In this document: piece by piece, positions 50,556-59,317 of the stretch
Layout of the letters: each line of letters opens with the position of its first letter
How positions within the stretch are numbered: the first letter of the stretch is position 1
Source of the DNA: Candidatus Kerfeldbacteria bacterium
Lineage (GTDB): Bacteria > Patescibacteriota > Patescibacteriia > SBBC01 > CAIJZX01
Length of the DNA stretch: 64,000 nucleotides
Direction: 5' to 3'
Assembly (NCBI GenBank): GCA_903825245.1
Contig: CAIJZX010000015.1
Span: 28,564-92,563 of the forward strand
Program-made: the position numbers and the translations under genes
Notes under the pieces: generated by a model
The model's database searches: none
Told to the model about the DNA's origin: nothing
The model's input: the letters and a program-made list of their open reading frames with translations, nothing else

Positions 50556-51112
50556 AACGCTGGTCATCCTCAACATTTCTTGTCATCGGTTTAGTTATTA
50601 TCGCGGCGTTGATTCGTATCGCCCGAAATTCTGGCTGGCTTCCATTGCCTCCGAATGTTGCGCCGATTACCGCCATGGCATTACTCAGCGGTGCACTGCT
50701 TCCACGTCGCTGGACGTTTGTGGTACCTCTGTCAGCCATGCTCGTCAGTGACCTTGTCATCGGTTTCTATTCACTACCGGTGATGCTGGTTGTCTACGGC
50801 GCGTTTGCGGTCAGTAATGTGATTGGCTTGTGGCTCCGTAAACGCCAATCATTGGGTAGAATTTTTGGCGCGAGCTTACTCGGCTCCACCGTATTCTTTG
50901 TGTTGACCAACACAGCGGTATGGGCGTTTCAGGCAATGTATCCGCATTCAGTATCCGGCCTGATACAGGCCTTTGTCGCTGGATTACCATTCTTTCGTAA
51001 CACCGTGATCGGTGACCTAGGTTTCTCGGCAATATTCTTTGGTGTCTACGCTTTGGGCATGGTATACTGGCAGCGACGTTTGACACTACTAACGTCATCA
51101 ACTCATGGCTGA
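50552..51112 (+). CDS. polytopic membrane protein, putative vitamin/B12 transporter substrate-capture component
   Basis: 186 aa with 5-6 TM helices. It overlaps the DUF4430 gene stop and lies in the riboswitch operon. Confidence 0.4.
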   Translation: MKRWSSSTFLVIGLVIIAALIRIARNSGWLPLPPNVAPITAMALLSGALLPRRWTFVVPLSAMLVSDLVIGFYSLPVMLVVYGAFAVSNVIGLWLRKRQSLGRIFGASLLGSTVFFVLTNTAVWAFQAMYPHSVSGLIQAFVAGLPFFRNTVIGDLGFSAIFFGVYALGMVYWQRRLTLLTSSTHG

Positions 51113-52037
51113 CATCCGCCGCTACCAACCTCGCCGATCCTCCAATTCCGGAGGCGGGTGGGTTCGTTGGGTTGTGCTGATTGTTATGGTAATAATTGTC
51201 GCGGTAGTGGTCAAGAGTCTCATCGGTTCGAAGAAAACCCCATCGCCAGCGCGAACAACAGGGAAAGCCGCCAGTACCGGCATTGATCTGGTAACGGATA
51301 ATGCGAATTCGGCAATTAATACGGCACCGACCAATGCCGCGGTGAACGGAAACACAAATTCGACGACGAATACGAACACCGCAGTAATTGCTACATCGGG
51401 TTCATGGAAGAATTTTTCTGTTACGTCATGCTCAGCCGCGATTTCTTCGGCGGGAGTAAAAAAACAAGTAGCCTTAACGTTTGCCGTTTCAGCGGCGAAC
51501 GATCAAGTCAATCAAGTTCTTGAGGTTTTGAAAAAAGCTGCAGTGCCGGCTGACTTCTTTGTGACCGGTGCGTTCGCCGAAAAAAATCCGGCCGTGGTGA
51601 AAACAATTTCCCAAGACGGTTTTTCCGTCTACAGTCAAAGTTATGACAGTACGGACTTGACCAAGCTCACGAGCGCCGGTGTAACGAGCGCGATTACCAA
51701 AGCCGAAGCGGCTATTATTTCTGCAACCGGTATTTCACCAAAACCGATTTTTCGTCCACCATCCGGGAGCTTTACAACACAAACTGTCAAATTGCTGAAC
51801 CAAGCCGGGTATTGTGCGATACTCTGGACAGTTGATGCCTATGATTGGCAAGACGGAATCACTGCTGCGCAAGCCCAAGATCGCGTCATGACGGCGCTAG
51901 ATAAGCAATCAGGCGGCGGTATCGTAGCGCTGCATGCTGGGTATGACGTGACGCCATCGGTGGTAACAAGTCTACTCTCGACTCTGAAAACACAAGGATA
52001 TACGGTAGTCTCATTGGCGGCGATGTTAAATAAATAA
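51105..52037 (+). CDS. polysaccharide deacetylase (NodB homology) with N-terminal TM and Asn/Thr-rich linker
   Basis: NodB-type motifs (QVALTFAVSAAND; FRPPSGSF; ALHAGYD). Confidence 0.75.
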   Translation: MADIRRYQPRRSSNSGGGWVRWVVLIVMVIIVAVVVKSLIGSKKTPSPARTTGKAASTGIDLVTDNANSAINTAPTNAAVNGNTNSTTNTNTAVIATSGSWKNFSVTSCSAAISSAGVKKQVALTFAVSAANDQVNQVLEVLKKAAVPADFFVTGAFAEKNPAVVKTISQDGFSVYSQSYDSTDLTKLTSAGVTSAITKAEAAIISATGISPKPIFRPPSGSFTTQTVKLLNQAGYCAILWTVDAYDWQDGITAAQAQDRVMTALDKQSGGGIVALHAGYDVTPSVVTSLLSTLKTQGYTVVSLAAMLNK

Positions 52038-52038
52038 C

Positions 52039-52602
52039 ATGTTCTCGGTCTCTCGGCGTGTCAGTTTTTCCATTGTCGTAGCCCTGCTATTGGGCTGGGG
52101 TATTTTTATTATTCTCTTTCTTCAATCATCAAGCGTACTTCTTTCCTCGTCTACCACCGATCAAGGGTTGACGATTCTGCCTAGCGTCCGACTAAGTGTG
52201 CAGATTGATAAACACGTGTATGCATCAGGTGATGCGGTGTTGATTGCGGTACGGAATGATAGCCGGGTGCCGATCTACGTCCAGCAAGCTGCCGATGGTT
52301 GCTCTACAAATTGGTGGTCTATCGAGCAATTGCAAGCAGATGGTGAACATTGGGAAAGTATTCTCACCACCAAGCAAACTTGTCCGACACCATCTTCGAT
52401 GATTGAGTTTCCAAAACACTCATTACGAAGTGATCAGTGGCAAGCGATAGTTCCGGGATCGATTGGTGATGTGTTAGTGGGTGCACCAAGTGGGACATAT
52501 CGAGTGGTGGTGCCGTATTTGACAGGCAAGTCTAGCGTTGCGCCTACCTGGCCGGAGAGTGGCTTTGCTACCGCAGTTTCACCGACGTTCTCTATTCAAT
52601 AG
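52039..52602 (+). CDS. secreted Ig-fold protein (BsuPI proteinase-inhibitor-like?)
   Basis: Signal/TM then a beta-rich domain (VYASGDAVLIAVRNDSRVPIYV ... GTYRVVVPYL). The BsuPI resemblance is weak. Confidence 0.45.
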   Translation: MFSVSRRVSFSIVVALLLGWGIFIILFLQSSSVLLSSSTTDQGLTILPSVRLSVQIDKHVYASGDAVLIAVRNDSRVPIYVQQAADGCSTNWWSIEQLQADGEHWESILTTKQTCPTPSSMIEFPKHSLRSDQWQAIVPGSIGDVLVGAPSGTYRVVVPYLTGKSSVAPTWPESGFATAVSPTFSIQ

Positions 52603-52707
52603 CACGGACACGCCAGCATCGATTCTTTTTCAGTACTTTTTCAGGTTGACAAGAGAATATACCCGCTCGCATACTATAGGAAATATTATCTTATTCGCTT
52701 TAAAGAT

Positions 52708-53901
52708 ATGGAAACACCAACACCTTCATCGCCGGTGAAATCGGCAAATTCAAATTTTCTCGCTACCGTTGTCGTAAGTGTAATTATCGGTGGACTAACC
52801 GGGGGTTTGGTTAGTTACAGTGTTTGGCAAACTAAGGGTGGAACCACATCTGTGTCGACAACAACCACGAAACAAGCCGTCTCGGTTCAGGAAAGTTCGG
52901 CTACTATTGATGTAGTCAAGAAAGCAAATCCGGCAGTGGTCAGCATTATTATTTCCCAAGACTACTCTAAAATTTATGGTGGTCAAACCACATCGCCATA
53001 CGACTTTTTCTTTGGTCAACAATCAGTGCCGCAGGGATTGCAAACGATCGGTAGCGGCAGCGGATTTGTGGTGTCGGCGGATGGCATGATTGTCACGAAT
53101 AAACATGTGGTCAGCGATACGACCGCGAGTTACAGCGTGGTGATGAATGACGGAAAGAAATACGATGCCAAGGTATTGGCGCTCGATCCGGTCAATGATG
53201 TGGCGGTCTTAAAGATCGATGCCAAGAATTTGCCGGTACTCACGTTCGCTGATTCAAATAGCGTGCAAATTGGTCAAGCGGTTATTGCCATCGGCAATGC
53301 CCTCGGCGAATATAAGAATACAGTGACCGAAGGTATTATCTCCGGTTCAGCCCGTTCTATCACTGCCGGTGATAGTGCGACTGGTGCTTCGGAAACAATT
53401 GACAATGTCTTTCAAACCGATGCGGCAATCAACCCGGGAAATTCCGGTGGCCCGCTTCTTGATTTAACGGGAAACGTGATCGCCATCAATACGGCGGTTA
53501 ATTCCTCGGGTCAATCGATTGGATTCGCTATTCCCGCGAACGTTGTTAGTCGTGACGTCACCAGCGTCCAGAAAGACGGGAAGATTACCGCCGCCTATCT
53601 CGGTGTTCGCTATGTGCCGATTACGCAAGCTATGGCCGATCAAAACAAACTGCCGGTCAATCAAGGCGCCTTGGTCCAAAAAGCCGATGCCCAAAACCCA
53701 GCGGTGGTTTCCGGATCGCCGGCTGACAAAGCGGGATTAGTGGAAAATGATATTATTACCGCCGTGAACGGAACGGTACTTGATGACACGCATTCGCTGG
53801 CCGGAATCCTGGCGACGTTTAGCCCTGGCGATACCGTGACCTTCACCATCTATCACGGCGGCGTCAAGAAAGACGTCAAGATTGTCCTCGGTAGTCGATA
53901 A
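52708..53901 (+). CDS. htrA: HtrA/DegP family serine protease with PDZ domain
   Basis: Catalytic triad regions TNKHVV, D..AVLKI, GNSGGPLL, and a C-terminal PDZ domain. Confidence 0.9.
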   Translation: METPTPSSPVKSANSNFLATVVVSVIIGGLTGGLVSYSVWQTKGGTTSVSTTTTKQAVSVQESSATIDVVKKANPAVVSIIISQDYSKIYGGQTTSPYDFFFGQQSVPQGLQTIGSGSGFVVSADGMIVTNKHVVSDTTASYSVVMNDGKKYDAKVLALDPVNDVAVLKIDAKNLPVLTFADSNSVQIGQAVIAIGNALGEYKNTVTEGIISGSARSITAGDSATGASETIDNVFQTDAAINPGNSGGPLLDLTGNVIAINTAVNSSGQSIGFAIPANVVSRDVTSVQKDGKITAAYLGVRYVPITQAMADQNKLPVNQGALVQKADAQNPAVVSGSPADKAGLVENDIITAVNGTVLDDTHSLAGILATFSPGDTVTFTIYHGGVKKDVKIVLGSR

Positions 53902-53975
53902 CTCGATTTGAGAAACTGCGCCGGAGATACCGGGGCGGTTTTTTCTTTCTCTGACTTTTCGCGTATACTGCAAGC

Positions 53976-54407
53976 ATGGATACCACATCACGAAACACCC
54001 TTATTCCTGCCTTTGCCGTGTTCCTCGTACTGGTGACGGCAATACTGTGGTGGAGTGCAAGCTTAGCATCGAAAACAAAGAACTCGAATCGTGCCATCAA
54101 TCGCAATCGTGTTGCCTGTACACAGGAGGCGAAGTTGTGCCCCGACGGGAGTTCTGTTGGCCGAACCGGGCCGAATTGTGCGTTTGCGCCATGTCCAGCC
54201 AGTACTACCAATACGGCAGTCTCGGGTGGTTGTGTGATCACCGGTTGTAGTCGGCAGGTGTGCTCGGATCATGAAGTTGTTACGACCTGCATAATGTTGC
54301 CGGAATATTCCTGTTACGCTTCAGCCACCTGTGAGCGGCAAACCGACGGACAATGTGGATGGACAACAACGACCAAGCTTCTCGATTGTCTGACATTGCC
54401 GCAATAG
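53976..54407 (+). CDS. membrane-anchored Cys-rich small protein
   Basis: 143 aa, with an N-terminal TM followed by 14 Cys in repeated C..C spacing. Confidence 0.5.
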   Translation: MDTTSRNTLIPAFAVFLVLVTAILWWSASLASKTKNSNRAINRNRVACTQEAKLCPDGSSVGRTGPNCAFAPCPASTTNTAVSGGCVITGCSRQVCSDHEVVTTCIMLPEYSCYASATCERQTDGQCGWTTTTKLLDCLTLPQ

Positions 54408-54445
54408 TTGCCAAGGGCATCGGAATGCGGTAGGCTAACGCCACT

Positions 54446-55565
54446 ATGCAAGACTTAGTTCGTAAATTGGAGGCCCTCCGGGCGAAGATCGATTCTTCGC
54501 GGAGGTTACTTTGACCTCGATCAAAAACGCCAACAAATTAGCGAGTTAGAGGACGCGATGAATGCGCCCGAATTTTGGAACGATCGGGCAGCGGCGGAAA
54601 CAAAGAGCCGCGAACTGAAAACGCTGAAAGATGAAGTTGAGGATTGGGAGACGATCGACCAGGAAGTGCAATCGTGGATCGAGTTAGCGGTGCTGGCCGA
54701 GGAAAGTCAACGAAAAGAAGTTGAAGGCCATGTCGCGGCGCTGGAGGAGCAGTATCGAAAGTTAGAATTTACTTTGTTACTGAATGGCGAGTATGATACC
54801 TCAAATGCTATTGTCAGCATCCACGCCGGCACCGGCGGCACCGATGCTATGGATTGGGCGGAAATGCTGGCGCGGATGTTCCTGCGTTTTTGCGAACAAC
54901 GTGGCTGGAAAACGAAAGTGCTTGATGAATCGAAAGGCGGCGAAGCCGGAATAAAAAGTATGACCTTCGAAGTGGAAGGGAAGTATGCCTTTGGGTATTT
55001 GAAGAGCGAAGCCGGCGTTCACCGCTTGGTACGTATTTCGCCGTTCGATGCCGAGAAGATGCGCCATACGTCATTCGCTTTGGTGGAAGTTATTCCGGAG
55101 CTCGATGATGTCGAGGAAGTAAAAATTGATCCGAAAGATTTGCGCATTGATACATTCCTATCGTCGGGGCACGGCGGCCAGAGCGTGCAAACGACGTACT
55201 CGGCTGTTCGCGTCGTCCACTTGCCGACGAAGATCATGGTCTCAGTCCAAAACGAACGTTCGCAAACGCAGAACAAAGAAACAGCCATGAAAATTCTGAA
55301 AGCGAAATTGCACCAACTTGACCTGGAAAAGCTGGCACAAGAAAAATCTGATTTGCGCGGTGAGTACCACGAGGCCGCCTGGGGCAATCAAATTCGTTCC
55401 TACGTGCTACAACCGTACCGGATGGTCAAAGACCACCGCACCAAACAAGAAACGTCGCAGGTGGAAGATGTGCTGGCCGGTGACCTGCTGGCGTTTATGG
55501 ATGCCTATTTGAGGTGGAATAAAGCCGGCCGACCGAGGATTGTGGGGAGTGACGACAAGATTTAA
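54446..55565 (+). CDS. prfB: peptide chain release factor 2 with programmed +1 ribosomal frameshift
   Basis: Frame 0 from ATG 54446 (MQDLVRKLEALRAKIDSSRRLL) ends at CTT TGA C (54509-54515), preceded by GGAGG at 54501-54505. The +1 frame continues DLDQKRQQISELEDAMNAPEFW... to the GGQ motif SGHGGQSVQ. Confidence 0.9.
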
Positions 55566-55578
55566 TCCCTCAATTGTT

Positions 55579-56067
55579 ATGCCATATACAGAAGATGAGC
55601 TCCACGAAAAAACTCGAATCATCGCCGAGCAATATTATGGTACAGCGCAAGACCAGAATCAAATTCCGATAACCAAGGCGTCACAGCAAAAACTTCGTCA
55701 ATTACATCCAAGCGCGGTATTGTTTCAACTTATTGATGGCGAGCCGGTAAGCTGGATTGTGGTGGTGCCGACAACACGAATATTGGCTGAGCAATTTGTT
55801 CGAGGTGAAATAACAGAAAAAAACTTGTTTGATCAAACCGTGCCGAGCGAACGATATGAAGCTTTGTATTTCTGTTCCGTCTTTACCGTTCCAGATCACC
55901 AGCGGAAAGGATATGCGACCGCGCTTCTTCAGCAGGCGATTGCGGATATTCCTTTGACAAAAGATCCATACTTTTTCGGTTGGACGTTTAGTGCTGAAGG
56001 TGCGGCGATGCACCAGGCACTAACGAAAAAGTTTGGCATCACGGTTCATTTACGAACTACAACATAA
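55579..56067 (+). CDS. GNAT family N-acetyltransferase-like protein
   Basis: Acetyl-CoA binding-like QRKGYATALLQQAI motif. Confidence 0.5.
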   Translation: MPYTEDELHEKTRIIAEQYYGTAQDQNQIPITKASQQKLRQLHPSAVLFQLIDGEPVSWIVVVPTTRILAEQFVRGEITEKNLFDQTVPSERYEALYFCSVFTVPDHQRKGYATALLQQAIADIPLTKDPYFFGWTFSAEGAAMHQALTKKFGITVHLRTTT

Positions 56068-56071
56068 CACT

Positions 56072-57952
56072 ATGTGCGGCATCGTCGGATACATCGGTCA
56101 AAAATCAGCAGCAGGATTCCTGATTGAAGGTTTAGAAAAGTTGGAATACCGCGGTTACGATTCAGCTGGTGTCGCCTTGCTTGATGTTGAACAAGAACCT
56201 TTGCAAATTATTAAGCACCAAGGCAAAGTGGCGGCGACGGCCGCGGCCGTCGCCGCCATCAAACCGACCGGCACGAGCGGCATTGCCCACACGCGCTGGG
56301 CGACGCACGGCGAACCGAGCGACCGCAACGCCCATCCGCACGCCGATTGCCGTGGAACAATCGCGGTCGTGCATAATGGCCAGTTAACCAACTATCAGGC
56401 GCTCAAGAAGCAATTAACGGCTCAAGGGCACACCTTCCAGTCGGACACGGACACTGAGGTATTAGCGCATCTACTGGAAGATTTTCGGAAAAACGGCGAT
56501 GATTTAGTAACGGCGGTGCAGAAAACAACGCAAGTGATTGCCGGCGGAACGTTTGCGCTGGTGGCGATTGATGCCGCGACGCCGGACACTTTAGTAGCGG
56601 CGTGCATGGGCAGTCCGCTGTACATCGGTTTAGCTGATGATGGTTTATTCCTCGCCTCAGATCATCGCGCATTCCGGGCACACACCGACAAGAGTGTCCA
56701 ATTAAAGGACGGTCAGATGGCGATTATCAATGCCGATCACACCTACCGCGTGGTAACGTTTGATAACCATCAATCGCCGCATGATATTCAACAATTGAAA
56801 TACCAACTCGAAGATATCGAAAAAGGTACGTACGCCACGTTTATGGAAAAAGAAATTGTGGAGCAACCGGACGTGGTACGCCGCGTACTCGATGGCCGTT
56901 CGACCGATGACGGCATGGTTCGTCTCGGTGGCATTGAAACGCATCCGGAATTCCAATCGTTCATCAAGAAGCAATTACATGATGTGCTGATTCTCGGTTG
57001 CGGGACGTCGCTCTATGCCGGTGAAACAGTCGCACGATTTTTCCAGGAACACGGCTACGAAGTGCAAGCGATGGATGCGGCGGAATTTGCCACCTCATCG
57101 TTCCAGGTCAAACCGACAACCTTGGTCGTACCGATGTCGCAATCCGGAACCACGGCTGACTTACTCGTAGCGATGGAAAAAGTAAAAGCCGCCGGCGCGG
57201 TAAGTTTTTCATTAGTCAATGTGCCGGGTTCGAAATTAACGTCGTATGGTACCGGAATGTATCTTCATGCCGGGCCGGAAACCGGTGTGGCGTCAACGAA
57301 GGCATTTACCGCACAAGTGTTAAGCGGTGCTTTACTTGTTTTGGCGCTGGCGCAAGAAAGCCGCCTGAACGCGCCGCACGTCGCAGCATTTACCGAGCGC
57401 GCAAAAACGTTATCGTTTGCCATTGAGAAAATTCTGGCACAATCCGACGACTATAAAAAAATCGGACAATCGCTGAAAGATGTGCCGCGCATGCTCTATA
57501 TCGGCCGCGGTTACGGATTAGCTGTGGCCAAAGAAGGCGCGTTGAAGATGATGGAAATTGCGCGGATACCGAGCCTTGGGATGTCGGCCGCGTCAATGAA
57601 GCACGGACCGATCGCGCTGGTGGACAGCGAAACGGTGGTGGTGGCGATTTGTATTCATGATCCGAAAGTACCAGAACTGTATGATCTGACTGTCAGTAAT
57701 GTTGAGCAAGTGTTAGCGCGAAAAGGACGTGTCATTATCGTAGCCGAAGAAGGGGATGATCGCGTGGCAACACTCGGACCGAATGGTCAACACCCGGAAG
57801 CAGTCATCTCTGTGCCAAAAGTGCACTACGGAATTTTGTCAGCCATCACCACGATGATTCCGTTGCAGATTCTCGCCCTAGCGGCGGCGGAAGTGCGGGG
57901 AATGAATGTCGATCAACCGATGAATCTGGCGAAATCGGTGACGGTTCTGTAA
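56072..57952 (+). CDS. glmS: glutamine--fructose-6-phosphate aminotransferase
   Basis: N-terminal MCGIVGYIG (Cys1 Ntn amidotransferase) and two SIS domains. Start at ATG 56072. Confidence 0.92.
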   Translation: MCGIVGYIGQKSAAGFLIEGLEKLEYRGYDSAGVALLDVEQEPLQIIKHQGKVAATAAAVAAIKPTGTSGIAHTRWATHGEPSDRNAHPHADCRGTIAVVHNGQLTNYQALKKQLTAQGHTFQSDTDTEVLAHLLEDFRKNGDDLVTAVQKTTQVIAGGTFALVAIDAATPDTLVAACMGSPLYIGLADDGLFLASDHRAFRAHTDKSVQLKDGQMAIINADHTYRVVTFDNHQSPHDIQQLKYQLEDIEKGTYATFMEKEIVEQPDVVRRVLDGRSTDDGMVRLGGIETHPEFQSFIKKQLHDVLILGCGTSLYAGETVARFFQEHGYEVQAMDAAEFATSSFQVKPTTLVVPMSQSGTTADLLVAMEKVKAAGAVSFSLVNVPGSKLTSYGTGMYLHAGPETGVASTKAFTAQVLSGALLVLALAQESRLNAPHVAAFTERAKTLSFAIEKILAQSDDYKKIGQSLKDVPRMLYIGRGYGLAVAKEGALKMMEIARIPSLGMSAASMKHGPIALVDSETVVVAICIHDPKVPELYDLTVSNVEQVLARKGRVIIVAEEGDDRVATLGPNGQHPEAVISVPKVHYGILSAITTMIPLQILALAAAEVRGMNVDQPMNLAKSVTVL

Positions 57953-58053
57953 GTTACTTATCATTAGTACTACAACTTGATTTTGGATGGTACTAAGAGC
58001 ATACTATGGGTGCCAAGACACCATATTAGAGATTAGAACAATTTCCGTAAGTC

Positions 58054-58707
58054 ATGTCGAATATTCGCCTAATTATCATAATTGTTATAGCAGTTGTAGG
58101 CAGCTCAGCTGCGACAGGTTTTGTTATCCATAACCAGACGAAAGCAAACGCCAACACCCAACAAACTCAGAACAATAACAGTGACACCCCGGTCATTCGT
58201 AATGTTTCTGAAAACACAAACACTTCTTTTGTAAACACGAATGTGTCACTATCGACCAATACAAACGTCGCACCGGTGGTCAATACAGTGGTGTCAGCAC
58301 AGCCGGTTGCTCCGAAACCAAAACCTAAACCAGTGCCCGTAGTCAACACCACCCCTGCCGTTGATCCAGCGATAAAAATTGAGTTGTGCAAGACAGAGGG
58401 AAACGATGCAGTAGAAAAAAAGAAAAATGACTTTGCTACGGAATTTTTAAAAGAGGTCTGTGATGGTAGTGTAGTTGGGGGTAGTCATGGACTCTGCGAA
58501 ACCGCGGACGAAGTAATGGCGCAGTTTTCGAATCCACAAGATCCGCAGTATTGGGCTGATCCAGTTACTCGGCAAAATGCAGTCGACTCTTACCTGGCAA
58601 GCCAAGCAGATCGAAGATCAAATTGGCTTTCTGGCATGATGACTGGCATGCAGCCAGTTTATAGTAGTGCATACAATCCTGCATATGAAGCGTGTTTAAA
58701 AAAATAA
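58054..58707 (+). CDS. membrane-anchored Asn/Thr/Val-rich protein with C-terminal Cys-containing domain
   Basis: TM helix then low-complexity NT-rich and PKPKPKP segments. GC is below the window average. Confidence 0.5.
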   Translation: MSNIRLIIIIVIAVVGSSAATGFVIHNQTKANANTQQTQNNNSDTPVIRNVSENTNTSFVNTNVSLSTNTNVAPVVNTVVSAQPVAPKPKPKPVPVVNTTPAVDPAIKIELCKTEGNDAVEKKKNDFATEFLKEVCDGSVVGGSHGLCETADEVMAQFSNPQDPQYWADPVTRQNAVDSYLASQADRRSNWLSGMMTGMQPVYSSAYNPAYEACLKK

Positions 58708-58730
58708 TACAAAAATACACATTGACATCG

Positions 58731-59186
58731 ATGAATAATAATGATAAATATATTGCTGAAAAAATCAGCATCGATGGTCATTTAAGATATTTGGTTGAAA
58801 ATTGCCAAATCGCGCTTCAAAAGCTTGCGTCACTCAGCACAGAACTTTTAGATTGCGAACGAATAGACAGTCCCAGAGATCCTAAGCCCATAGGCGATCT
58901 GGAGAGAATGGTGAAAGACTACCTTATTATCCGTGTAACTGGCCTTTTTGATGAAAAACCATATACTGCTTCTTTTGAAGCTGTGTATAGCGATAATGTG
59001 AAATACAATAAGATTAAGAACGCGGAAATAATTCAGTATATGAAAAAAATGAGGGGTACCTTTGTAGCACATACCCACAAGAAACTTTCTTTAGGATTTC
59101 CAGATTCTAGAAAGATTCTCCAATCAGATCTAGCTCACCAACTTAAGGGTTTGTTGCAGATTTTACCATCAGGTCAAGATGCTTAG
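58731..59186 (+). CDS. hypothetical protein with HEPN-like RX4-6H motif, low-GC gene
   Basis: 152 aa from ATG 58731, about 35% GC. It contains RGTFVAH. Confidence 0.5.
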   Translation: MNNNDKYIAEKISIDGHLRYLVENCQIALQKLASLSTELLDCERIDSPRDPKPIGDLERMVKDYLIIRVTGLFDEKPYTASFEAVYSDNVKYNKIKNAEIIQYMKKMRGTFVAHTHKKLSLGFPDSRKILQSDLAHQLKGLLQILPSGQDA

Positions 59187-59317
59187 AATTACGTGGTAAT
59201 GTAACACATTCTTTGACGAGCAAGACCTGGTCAACGTCGTTATTCTTCTCTAAGACTTGACGTCAAGGAATATATCGATGTAGTCTAAATCCAGATAGAT
59301 TCGGTGGCCACCTCCCT

